Of a DNA stretch of 64,000 nucleotides, positions 25,301 to 37,428 are shown piece by piece. This stretch comes from Ophelia neglecta (lineage: Eukaryota): NCBI GenBank assembly GCA_965285935.1, contig OZ260664.1, positions 85,808,001 through 85,872,000 of the forward strand, given 5' to 3'. A model generated the notes under the pieces. It made no database searches, was not told the DNA's origin, and was given only the letters and a program-made list of their open reading frames with translations. Position 1 is the stretch's first letter. Each line of letters starts with the position of its first letter. The translations under genes were made by a program, and so were the position numbers.

Positions 25301-27353
25301 GAACTGAGTTAATGTGGTAGCCTTGAAGGGATCGCCGTTATTGATTCCGTAGATACAGAACCATGTCGTCAAGTCTTTAGCCATGTCGATGTCGTTTATC
25401 TTTATCTCAAGGAAGAACTGGTCCCCTGAGGTATCACATTTTACATATTCGTATCTTCCATCCAGACAAGCTCCGTTTGTTAAGAACCCGCTGTTAAAAC
25501 TTATGTGACAATTTGCACATATATCATGTTCCTGCGACGGGTCACTTGAAAATCCAATCGTTATTTCGGGGACACTTGACAGTGGGCTGGCAACACATGT
25601 CAAGGTCACTTCATCCGTCGGCTCCACGTACTCTGGCAAACTTGTGAAGTTAATAGTTTCCGCCTCGACTCCACCTGTATAGTGAATCAAACGAATGATA
25701 GAAAATATTAATAGATCAGCTCTTAATAATAATAAGCCTTAGGGCACTCCTTTGAATCATTTGAATCAAATCGACCGATAAAAAGTAGAAGCTAAGGTTT
25801 GAATTGTGTTTTCAAATTCAACCTATATACGTTCATGTTTTAAAATGTCACAACACTTAAATTACGAATTCTTTGAGGGAAATAACTTGAGTTTAGATCT
25901 ACATTTGGATTCTAAAGGAACACACATTTTACCGAGTTTTTAAATTTCAGTCGAGACACTTGCACTTGAAAGTCTAGCCACTGGCTTTCTTAGCACAACT
26001 AGCATTTAGCTTAAGTATTGCTTTAAGGGTAGAAATATATTTATTTGGTGGAGTGAGGTTGTAAAACCCTTGTGAAGTGTCTTTGGTCAGCAAAGATGTG
26101 GCTTTTAATGGATGTGAGAGATTTGATGGTTGTGAAGTTGGAAAGGGGGTCCCGCTTATTAAATTACCATCATTGGAATTGGGAATAATGATATTCGAGC
26201 AAACGATAATAAATGCAAGAAGTCACATGATCTAGCTAACGTCATACGAGGTTCAAATGGCATAGCTATGTTGCAAACTCTGTCTGGGCATATGGGGAGA
26301 GATAAGAGACGGGGTGGAATGATTGGGTGGGATACATATGGGATGAGAGTCAGACGGTGGCAAGAAAGAGACGGGAGAGAAAGAGACGTGTTGTAAGCCA
26401 GAAAAAGCTAGGGAGAGCGAGCGAATAATCAAGTCAGAACCGAATGTCAGAGTATCGTTGGCTTACAATTTTAATCTGGAGGTCGCCTCTCTATCTCTCT
26501 CATAAATTATAACACATATTTAGAAAGCGGATCTTACACATATTTCCTGCAGTTGCGTATGTTCGTACCTGTTTGGAGAAACAGAATTAATTCGAAATCT
26601 TCGACTGCATTAACTTCCAAATTCAAACGAGCAATTTAACATATTATGATTATCCTTATCTGCTCATCGCAAAAACTTTTACAAATCCGCGGCACAGAAT
26701 ATAAAAAAAATACGGAATAGAAAATTTACAAACATTGTATCCTACTGAATCGTGGAGAAAACGTGGCAATTTTACCTGTTTTTGTTACACAGGGTAGCCA
26801 TGCCGCACCGAATAGACCATAAATAGCCAATAGCGGTGTTTGCCGCAATTCCTCAATTTCAGAACAGTACCATCACGTGTCTCAAAATTGTTTACTAATC
26901 ATAATCATGTTACCTAAATTATACTAATCATAATCAAGGCAATTCGGATATATTTCCTGCTTTGTTAGCCAATCACATGCCGGTTCGGCAAACTATATTA
27001 TTGCCCTTCGTGCTGTGGACAGATCAGGAGGTGGCACTGCATGGAATAATTACTATTTAGGTCACTGCAATATTTAAATATTGACTCCGCAGATTAAAAC
27101 TGCATTTTCCAAAATCACAGATAAGTATATTCCACCAATACTTCATCTAAGTTAAAAACACGACTTGGGGACCTATAGTGTCTCGAGAAGAGTCTATATA
27201 TTATCGAAGACTCTCTTTAATACTGCAAATATATAGTAATGGTAACTCACAATGGCTGATTCCGTGCATAAGTAAGTGGATGAAGACGTTCAGAAATATA
27301 TCAAGGAACAGCAGGTGGCCCTTTCGGACGCTAATATAATGTCCAAATGCCAT
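10965..27353 (-). CDS. Gene A: Ig/FN3 receptor tyrosine-kinase-like pseudokinase (SP, 11 Ig, 2 FN3, TM, ITAM-like motif, dead TK domain), about 1,770 aa, 23 coding exons
   Basis: Hand-spliced GT-AG exons with consistent phase: 27353-27251 (probable signal peptide, less certain), 25674-25300 (V-type Ig), 25192-24881, 24555-24289, 24013-23687, 23321-23040, 22911-22588, 20387-20115, 20028-19702, 19098-18817, 16324-15968 (Ig), 15727-15143 (Ig+FN3, WTCGYNGG...YVFEVVAYNQYG), 14524-14171 (degenerate FN3), 14070-13960 (TM IGAILGGIFGSLALAAIIIFLVLLFL), 13842-13751, 13624-13517 (juxtamembrane), 13324-13186, 13068-12952, 12855-12707, 12622-12494, 11892-11778, 11302-11206, 11061-10965 (kinase: DIAMALDFLH, PPET, ADVWAFGVVMWQL, CWNYNPDMRPTF). 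No internal stops. Confidence 0.9.
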
Positions 27354-30300
27354 ATTCGACTATAAAATCACAAAACTCCCAGGTACGGCTATGCAAGACC
27401 ACACATAATGTGCTTTAGGAATGCTCCAGTACATGTATGTCTAGATAATGAACAGCAGAGCGGTATAATGTCTTCAATCGTTATTCTGTTTACATAATAT
27501 CTATGTCAAGTCGTATCCCTAATTTGGCCGTGTATTTACCTTGTGTGTATCGATAGTCAATAAAACTACTGAAGCCAATAAACAGTGGTTTAATTTATCT
27601 GTTGTATTATAAAAGGCAACGTACAGCAATATTGATCAAACCAAGAATATAGGAATGACATCATGCAGTATTATAAATTTCCAGCGGGGATTCTATCAGT
27701 ATCAATACTGCCGTTTGGTTCAAAATCACAATATGGCAGTATTTATACATGTCTTTATGCCGGTAAATTGAAGTTCTATTCTCATCTCATATGAATTACA
27801 ACTGCCATGTAAATATATCAACGGACACCGAAATATTATGCATGCTAGAATGTTGTTGAAAAGGAAACGCTTCAAACGCTGTAATTTCAATAGTTTTCAA
27901 AATCCTCATTTGTCTATTGTCTATGATCTTAAATTACAGAAGCGAGGTATACGTTTTAAATTGCCCCCTGTGATTTAATAGTCCATTATTTAATGGCTCT
28001 AAATTTTGAATTCGAGGAAGATAAGTAATGAAAATGCAAGTTAATTCTTAAATATTAACTGGGCAGTCTTTCTCAGGGACATATTATGTATTTCGGGCCA
28101 CAAAAGGATGACGCAATTCCCTAACCGTGTCTGATCAATAATACATCGAACAAAAAAATGTAAATCCCCCTCGAAGCAGATCCCGTCTCAGTTCTCGCCT
28201 TGGAAAAGAAAACGAGAGGACAGCTTCTTTTATTTCTATTCGTATATAATGAGGTGACTTTGAGAAAGGAATTCATAGTTGTGACATGTAACTTTGAAAT
28301 ATAACATTGAAATTTAGCAAGTCCACTTTAATATCTTGAAAAGGAAACACTGAATACGAATGGGGCGGAAATTTTGCCTTACTATAAAATCTACTGCCAC
28401 TACGACGACAATTAACGGTAGAAACTGACTTGCATAGTCTACTGGATTCTCGTTCGGTTCAGTTCACTTTTTGTTCTTTGTCTATACGTACTCGTGTCAT
28501 CTATAGAGTCATCTGTCGGAGTGGCGATACAGAGTGAAGCAGAAGACATAATTTGATCACGTAGTTTTGCAATGCGTGCTCCCCTAGCAACGTGCATAAT
28601 TGTTTTTTAATGCCGGTTCGCTTCGCGTGCTCGCCTAGGAAGGTGCTTAATCATTTTTCCGTCCTTGTTCTTCTTCGATGTAACTGTATATTTCTTTTGA
28701 ACAACATATATTCTTTTAATCGAAAGAAACAAAATAAAATGAAATCCAATCCAATCCAATCAAACCCAAACCCGGCTCTTCCATACCGGGTTAAATTAAT
28801 ATTGGCCGTAAACAACCACCTTTTTTTTGTAAAGACACTATAGCTAGAATAAAAGATGTGTAAAAAGATTGGGACGATTGGTTTGTTTATTGATTGCTTT
28901 TACCCCCGGCCCCTCTCCCTCCCCGCCCCGCACGGTGGCATAATTTGCAACGTACTGCTTTTTATTAGTAGTATGCTGATACTTTTCTTCTTTTATAGGA
29001 CCAGTTAGAATTATATTTTAGCTTCATGGTTAATAAACATACATGAAGATTTTAAAATTCATTTTGGAATGAGGCACTGCGGAAGTACTAATAATAATGG
29101 CATTTATTAAACGTCTAGTTTCGCCAACCTCTAATTCACGAAAGGTTGGCGATACATAGCATATCGATATCGCCTCGATTACCTTAATACCTTGGTTATG
29201 TCCAGCCCATGCTAACTAACACTTAGCAGTATATAAAAATGTCTTTGGGGACTTGTGGATCGAAACTAAAACAATAGTTTTTATTATTTTCATTTTGACT
29301 ATCTAACGTAACTAGCTGTTTAATTACCTGGGAGCATATATATGCCCTGCAATATTATTGGCCCTCGCCTAAAGGCACGGGCCAATATATCAGAAGGAAA
29401 CCTATAATATACTGTGTTTTTAAAAGTAGCGTCTGCATATTAACCTGGAAAATATCTACATTACAACTACTAATGTGTACTATCCTTTGTTACCGTCTGG
29501 ACACGCAGATTGTTGACCAATGGAATGCCTGATATGATCATGTGATTAGGTATGATCATGTGATTAGATAACCATGCTTTGACATGATTCACGTACAATG
29601 TTTACTTGGAAGATAACTTTGTGCACAGGACAGGGGTACAGCCTGACTGACCAGCACATATACCATATACATGTATAGCCTTCGAGTATGAGCTACTGGA
29701 AGTATAATTATTGTGATTATACATATGAATTAACATCGGCATCGCCGGTAAGTGTTGTTAAACATTGAGGTATGGACTATATACGAAATTTGCAACAACG
29801 ATATCTATTTAATCAACAAATACGCCATGTGTGTTTGCGTAGTCACATAACAGTAACGTGCATGTTTGTTTACCCGCACTGCACAACTCTTTCTCTTATA
29901 GCCTATAGTCACCATGTATTTGCACGGTAGGCCTATACATATAAGCAAAATAAGACTATTCCATTGAAAGGTTACAATTTCATGTTTGAATCTATCGTAC
30001 TTAAATACTTTTAAATACAAATTGTTCTCGTACAATTATCCGAGAAAAAAATGCGTTTTACAGGAAGTTGGTTATTCAGATCCCGTGTAACGCTGTGCGT
30101 GTTTATTTTTTTTGCCCCTTTCAAATATAAGATTCGGCATTCGGTGTGGCATTCCCTGAAGCAGAAGAACAAGCAAATTATAAGCCCGTGTACCACACCG
30201 TATGCAGAGTTTATACGGGGAGGTATCGTTTTCTCAAATACGCGATAATACCAAAAGCAGCCTTAAGAAATTATAAAAACCAGGAGGACGTACGAAAACC

Positions 30301-33300
30301 ATATAGGCCTATATACTGTAGGAAGCATTGGTGCACACCAAATAAACAGGCACTAAGAGACACGCATTTCTTTTATGTATATTATGAAATATGACCAACA
30401 TATTTTCAGAAAGAGGTTTCCTCAAAGATATGACGTAATCCAGAGAACCACTAAAATGAAGCGAATATCAGTTTCCGAGAGGGAGCCGTTATTGGCCTCT
30501 ATTAATGATGACGATCACCGCCAGGCAGCGACACCAGATTACTCGACCCAGAATGAGGACAACGACCAGACCAGTTGCGCCACAAAACGGCCCCGGTGGG
30601 CCAGTACCTACTCGTACGACGACACTACTTACCAAACATTGAGACGGCGCCATTGGAAGAACCTTATTCTACTTGGAGTATCGTTCCTTGCTGTGTTCAC
30701 TTCATACCAATCTCTTCAAGTAAGGCTGCATGACAGGACCAGAGACTGCGCCATATTATTTTGCATGTCTTGGTTGGGGTCGAGATTGGGTGGGGGGGGG
30801 GGGGGGGCATAGGTTATTGTATATCATTATACATCTAATATCTTGGTAAGCAAATATTGCTAGCCATTGAGGGAGCCCTGAGAATCGGCGTATATTACCA
30901 AACAGCATGATTGCCTAAAATTATATAGATTAAGAGACCAGCTCAAAATGTGTTATAACTGTGAAACTCAAATATTGAATTTACTCTACCATATCATTAT
31001 TTAATTTTCACACTTAATCTTTATAGCAACATAAATAAGCTAAAACTTGCATTGAAAACATACGTTTTAATCTCAGTTATGTTTGGCCTGCCAGCCGGCA
31101 GGAACGTATAATTGTACTGCTGTTCAAACGTATGCTATCACGTGTTAGGCAAAATTATGACATGTGACACACACCATTTAGTAGTACCCATTTATGTTTC
31201 TGGACTAAGACGTATATCTTACCTATTGATTTCGCTGTATCCAATCCTGTTTTATTCCCCTAAAATAACCGACACAAACAAAATCATATCCTCCAACCCC
31301 TAAACCAATTCATACACTGTTTCGTGTAGCTTTGATTTCCACCGTATTTAGAACTGTCCTTACACTCTAACTGGGCTATTGTTTCTATTTATTTATGTTG
31401 TTTGATTGTCACATTTTTTGATTCTCAGAACCTAGAAAGCACGTTGAACCGCCAGGGGAGTGTAGGTCGGCTGGCTATCGGGGTATTATATGCTGGTGTG
31501 ACCGTAGGGTGCCTGGTGGCGCCAATTTTGATAGAGAAAGTCGGCCCTAAGTATGGGATACTCAGCGCCATGGTGGCTCAGGTGGCCTTTGCTGCTGCTA
31601 ACTTCTACCCCCGTCTGGCCTTGCTGATCCCAATAAGTTTGGCCCTGGGGGTCACTTCAGCCTTCATGTGGATTGGAGTGGGTGTATACATCACCCGGCT
31701 TGCCATCAGCCACGCCCGGCTACTGGAGGAGGACGACACCGCCGTCCTTACCACCTTCAATGGCATCTTCGTGGCGTTCTTCCAGGGAGCCCAGGTGGTG
31801 GGGAATCTGATCAGCTCTTTAGTGCTCCACATCGGACAACACACTTATCGTAATGGGACTGTTAACTCTACGGAGGAGAGTGTATGTGGCGCTTCTTTCT
31901 GTAACTCCGGGAACTCTTCTGGGAGACACCAGACGGAGCCACCCGAGAGTCAAGTATATATGCTGTTGGGTAGGTATGTTTAATAGCTAACTTAATTTAT
32001 ACCATATTTACTCTATTTGTGTATTTATCTATTCTGATCAGTTCTTATTCTGATACTTAATTTATGCGTATAAGTTTATACTATAAAGGTGTGTACACCG
32101 GATGTTGTGTTTTGGCGACTTTAATCACACTGTGTGGAGTTGACAGTAAAATTACATCAGAAGAGGATGGGGAAGGTCAGACAGCTGTTTCTTACATATC
32201 ACTGCACTTTTAATGCCTCCCGTGATATTGCCTTAATAATGATAATATGGAACAGTGATATTGTTCGCCATCGGTATAGACTTTTAACATACTACTCGAT
32301 ATTCCCAAATCACCAATTTTGCCTAACGTTATTATACAAATATTATTATCGTTCAATTATTGTCCCTTATTTCAATATAATTTTTGTCAAATAATGCATT
32401 TAGACGGAGCCCCTAGCAATAGTTTGTGTCGCCGCCTGTTAGCAACATAGACCAAACACACAGATCCAATGGTCACACTACTTCTGCCACTATTTCTGTA
32501 CAACGGGCTGGAGCAGAGTTTCCTCGCGGGTGATTATACTCAGGTAAATTTTATTTGAAATAACTAGTTATTAAATACTGATATTCCTCAGGCAGGGACA
32601 CGATGTGGGTGCGGAGGCTGGGCTGGTGGCAGGGGTTGGGGTTGGTGGAGGATGGATGAGACAAAGCGTATGAAGAGATCTTTCGACAAGGATTATCCAC
32701 TGTTATCCTGTGTTCACAATGTGACCGGTTAGATGTACCAATTCACAATGAACCCAGACCTCAATCTATCATGCTTAAATAGCACGTTGACCTATAACCA
32801 ATTAAAGCTGCAACACAGCATTTCAACTGATCATTTCACTGGTCAGTTAAACCCAAGAGTATTAATAGTTTATTGGCAGATCAAATTACAAAACTAGTGT
32901 GGGAGTGACCAGCGTAGATTGTGGGTAGGGTTGTCAAGTTCTGGCCGTGGTATATATTGCAGGGAATTTTTGCCTTCGAAGCACAAGAATAAGATGTCAT
33001 TTCCTCTATGAAATGTCTATTCAGACAAAATACAGTCACAATACAGCCTCAAAATGGAAATAAAGTCGTAAATTATTGAAGAAAACGGGGGATTTTAGGA
33101 TGTTGCGGGAGAGCGGAAGAAGTAAATTGCAGGGTCCCCTAGCGTAGTCGGGGCACTTGACAGGCCTTTTAGGGTGAAATATACCTACGCGGAAGTGGGC
33201 GAGTCTAAGTTGAGGATGCGGGGTGGTGGGGGTGGGGGAGATTGGGTTGGATTGTGTGTGTGTATGGGGGGGGGGGGGCGCTGCGCTTACATAGAAAGTG

Positions 33301-35289
33301 TCAAACAAACGTGAATAGATTTAAACCCCTGCTCCCTGTAGAGGTGGTAGTTTGTGCAGGGATGATATTTTGTGATAGGTCTTTTTTAGAACGTTATTTC
33401 CGTAACGCAATGACGTATCGAACATTGTACACAACATGCTGAAGTTCACTATTTCCGTCTATCGCTAATACTTTGTGGACGAAAAAATATCAATTTGGTG
33501 TTAATGCAGTTAACAGTAGACATAACTTGATGAATTTGTTAACTATTAATAAATTTGATCATTTAACATATGTGTATCTAGCAGGGCAGTTTTCATATAT
33601 ATGTGCTATTGGTAAACTTTAGATATTTTATTTTCGTTTGTCTATTAATTTAAACCAAAGGCTTTTGTTGGATGTGAGTTGGGCATCGGGTCGATCGGCT
33701 ACACTATGATGACGTATGGGGGCGCCAATGTTTTAGCATGTTTATGTCTAGGAAACCTTGAGAAGCTACTCGGCAGGGTACTGCTCTTTGGCACTGCAGC
33801 CTGTTTTAATTTAGGGGTAAGTATACTATTACACTTGAAAATATATCGATATAACATTCTCCTATGGTGCCCGTTTTAAGGACCATAGAAACATAAGCAC
33901 TGGTGGGTAGAACTTCTTATCAACGGGGGGGGGGGGGGGGGGTAAGGTGGCAATTGAAAGGATTGAAATAAAAGTTCCGTTTTAATTACATATCAAACTT
34001 GTGGTATAATCCATGATTGAGCAATGTTTATTCAATTAAGGTCAATAAATCATCAAACCCATGATTCCATCGTAATCGTATAAAGACACAAAATCCCATT
34101 TCCTTTTTTGTGTTGGCGAAGGTGCAAATCGTAACTAAAACTAACCCATTTTATCATTTCTTTAGGTGTTGATATTCCTTTTGCGCTGGAGAGTTTACGA
34201 TGGTCCGAATTCCGTATTTTATGTAATACCTGCCCTGTGGGGTGTCGGGGATGCTATTTGGCAGACATCTACTGGATGTAAGTGCTTCACTTTTGTACCT
34301 AATGTGAAAAAATATATGCATGATATCCGACATGTCTACAAAGTGCATTGTAATGTAATAAACAGTGAATATTATGTGATTGTGATCTGCAATACTAATG
34401 TAGTTATTAATTATTAGACGCATTTCCGTTTATCATCTCATTGAATCCGACGAAAACTCACTTTCAGAAATGAACAAGCCATATAAGTCATGTCATGATG
34501 ATTACGAATATAGTTATTTGCGACTTAATGTTTTTAGATATGCTTGTTTTAGTCAAGTTGTATCGTATGTCGTACTATAGATCATTTCCCCCGTCAGGTT
34601 TTGGGGTAAATATTGTCTGATTACTGTTTATATGGTCTGTTTATCTTAACTGGGACTGGAGTTGCCCACAAAGAGGACAAATATCATTAACATGTCATCA
34701 GCAGTAACAGAGAGTGCTTTGTTATATTATTAAATTAAACATACCAATCTAAATAAGCTATATTAAGATCAATCTGTTAAGATTTCCTATTGCATATTCC
34801 ATGAACTCATGACTGCCCTTTCAGCCCTCATGGGTAAATTGTTCGGGGAGAGCGGCGAGGACGCCTGGGCGGTGTATAGACTCTGGCAGTCTATGGGACT
34901 GGGGATTGGATTTGTGACTACGACGTAAGTGTAATATTGAGATGACTTATTATATTATTAGTAATGATTGGTCTGACAAGGCTGCTAGTGATGCCAGTTG
35001 CCTTTTTATATATATATTATGGCCATTCATATCGTCATAGTGATAGCCACCCTCATCTGCGCAAATTCATAGTTTAAGACTGTTAAGTGATTTGATTTGA
35101 TTCCTTTTATTCCTCCTATCTAGGAGAGCTACATGAGTATATAAGTGGCAATACAATTGTTCGAACATGATACAATTTAATAAAAGGTGCATAATTGGTG
35201 CAATACAAATTGTTGTGCGTTTAAATAGTATAATTAAGGCCCATTCAGTATAGGCTGACTTTTGGTAAATTAAGCCTCAAGGCATTTAT

Positions 35290-37428
35290 TTAGGGGGAGA
35301 ATGCCTGCAGCTGTGCACTATTTTCGGCTTGTATTTGCTCAACTTTCAGACGGCGAGTTTTATAGAGGGTGAGGGTAGCATTGGCCAGACGGGCATACGT
35401 CATGTAATCGCATTTAGCTGTCGGGTCGGTATGTCCTCCCAACATAATCGTCGTTAGTTCCTTATAGTCCATTGATGGATCGATATGTATAATACCAGTT
35501 AGGATAGTCATCAATTGCACTCGCTCGGCATTCAATGAATTGCATGATAGCAAAAAGTGTTCGGTTGTTTCTTCACACCGGGTGCAAAGTGGGCATATTT
35601 TTTCATTAGGACTAGGCTGTTTCTCGCAGTTCTTTATGAATTGCCCCCCATGACAGGCAAGGGCCGACTCACATATAATCAATTTCGTCATAAGTCTACA
35701 CGCGTTAAGACTCCACGGGAGTTTAGCTGCCACCTTCCACCAAATGTAGAGTTCTGGTTGACTTGCAATTTGACGAAGGTCGGTCATTTTTTTGTACATA
35801 AGCAAGCTTCCTCTCCACTGCTGCCTAGTAGCTTCATCCACTTCTTGTCTGATCATCCTCTTCCAGACATTTTTGCTAGAAACGTCACCAGACGACAGAC
35901 AGTGTTCTAGTTCCTCCTCCAACTTGTATTTAATGCATGTTTTGTACATGAGTGCTATCGGCCCTTTGTTTTCCCACTTCGTCTGAGTTTCCACAATTCT
36001 ATTGATGGTAGTTTCCCTCAATATTGATCCCGCTGGCTGGGCCAACAAACTACGAAGCATCAGAAGCCGGTGGTAATCTAGCTCATTTTCAATGGGTCTC
36101 CATCCCATTAGTGCGTAGGCTGCGGGGTTACACGCTTGTTCTGGAAGGCATTGTACTTTCTTTGCCATTTCCCGTTGAGCTTTCTCAAGTCTCTCTATTT
36201 GAGTGTCGCTTAGATCCAAGAGTTCCAGGCCGTAAATGAGTGATGGTAGTACTATTGCCTTGTACATCTTGTTTGCGATAGCGGGCTGCAGACCCTGTTC
36301 ACCAGTGCCTAGACCAAACATTGCGTTACATTTTCGTCTCGCCTTGCTTATCCTGTCATCTAGATTATCTGAGATGTACCGCGGTGAGTGGGATAACGGG
36401 ATTCCGAGATGGATGCACCCCGGCTTCACTGGTAATTGCTGATCGTACAACACAAGTGATTTGGCAGCACCCTTGGGAAAATGGAGGTACACAGACTTTG
36501 CGGGATTAAAACTAAATCTCCATTTCTTACTGTACTTCAAGGTTATATCCAGTGTGTCCTGAATACTCCTCCCAAATAGCGCTAGAAACGATACGTCATC
36601 TGCAAACATTGGGTTATTACACTTGGATTCATACAGATGAGCTCCATTTCCATCCTTCTCGGTCTCAGAGAGTAATCCGGCCGCGAATATCTGGTAAAGC
36701 CGCATGGACATTCGGCCTCCCTGGAACACGCCCTGAAGAATCCTGAAAGTCTCAGACACAAAACGTCCTACACGCACAGCACACGTGAGGTTCGAATACC
36801 ACACCCCTAATATTCTCCATATTTTACTGTTGATACCAATTTTGTACATCTTATATAACAGACCATTGATCCAAACCTTATCAAATGCTTTACTCGTATC
36901 TAGAAGTACGCAGTGTACTTCCGATTGTCTCTCCAGGTTAAACTCGATAGTTTCTCGGACTAACAGTGAGGTGTGCTTACTGGAGCATCCGGTGAAGGAT
37001 GCGCCTTGGAGTCTTTCTAGTCTATCGTTCTGTAAAAGCCATGGGTCTAGCCTTAGGAGCATTACTCCTTCAAATACCTTGCATAATATTGTCAGTAGAG
37101 TCACTTTTCTGTAATTATCCTGGTTTTGAGTGCACTTGTCTCCTCCTTTGAAGAGGGGTATTGCCACGCCCTTGCAGAAGTTTTGTGGAACTCGCTCCCA
37201 TTTGACAATTGAGTTTATAAGAATTGTTATTGCTCTAATGGCAGCCCTTCCTCCGAATATGACATGTTCAGGGTCTATAGAGTCATAACCTCCAGACTTC
37301 CCTTTCTTTAAGCTCGATATGGACTTCTCTACTTCAGCGTCTGTTATGCGGTCTGTTAAGAATTGGCAATTGTTAAACATCGACTTTTCTTTCATTTCAG
37401 TAACCTGCTTTTCTGAATTCGTTATCAT
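35290..37428 (-). CDS. LINE ORF2 C-terminal part (reverse transcriptase and zinc knuckle)
   Basis: KSGGYDSI, NYRKVTL, LDTSKAFDKV, GVFQGGRMS, FADDV, FNPAKS, HLGI, CPLC...HFLLSC. Confidence 0.92.
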   Translation of the reverse strand: MITNSEKQVTEMKEKSMFNNCQFLTDRITDAEVEKSISSLKKGKSGGYDSIDPEHVIFGGRAAIRAITILINSIVKWERVPQNFCKGVAIPLFKGGDKCTQNQDNYRKVTLLTILCKVFEGVMLLRLDPWLLQNDRLERLQGASFTGCSSKHTSLLVRETIEFNLERQSEVHCVLLDTSKAFDKVWINGLLYKMYKIGINSKIWRILGVWYSNLTCAVRVGRFVSETFRILQGVFQGGRMSMRLYQIFAAGLLSETEKDGNGAHLYESKCNNPMFADDVSFLALFGRSIQDTLDITLKYSKKWRFSFNPAKSVYLHFPKGAAKSLVLYDQQLPVKPGCIHLGIPLSHSPRYISDNLDDRISKARRKCNAMFGLGTGEQGLQPAIANKMYKAIVLPSLIYGLELLDLSDTQIERLEKAQREMAKKVQCLPEQACNPAAYALMGWRPIENELDYHRLLMLRSLLAQPAGSILRETTINRIVETQTKWENKGPIALMYKTCIKYKLEEELEHCLSSGDVSSKNVWKRMIRQEVDEATRQQWRGSLLMYKKMTDLRQIASQPELYIWWKVAAKLPWSLNACRLMTKLIICESALACHGGQFIKNCEKQPSPNEKICPLCTRCEETTEHFLLSCNSLNAERVQLMTILTGIIHIDPSMDYKELTTIMLGGHTDPTAKCDYMTYARLANATLTLYKTRRLKVEQIQAENSAQLQAFSP

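Noticed and set aside
25505-25519. CxxCH read as evidence for a c-type cytochrome
   Set aside because: It lies in a secreted Ig domain, and no secretory-pathway haem attachment system is established in animals. Kept only as an atypical Cys motif.
28507-28560. Possible plus-strand exon (SSVGVAIQSE) as a head-to-head partner of gene A
   Set aside because: Stop after 16 codons and no Ig exons follow; the short match to gene C is probably chance.
29356-29389. Small hairpin ATTGGCCC...GGGCCAAT
   Set aside because: Short stem resembling common dispersed invertebrate repeat hairpins; nothing supports a function.
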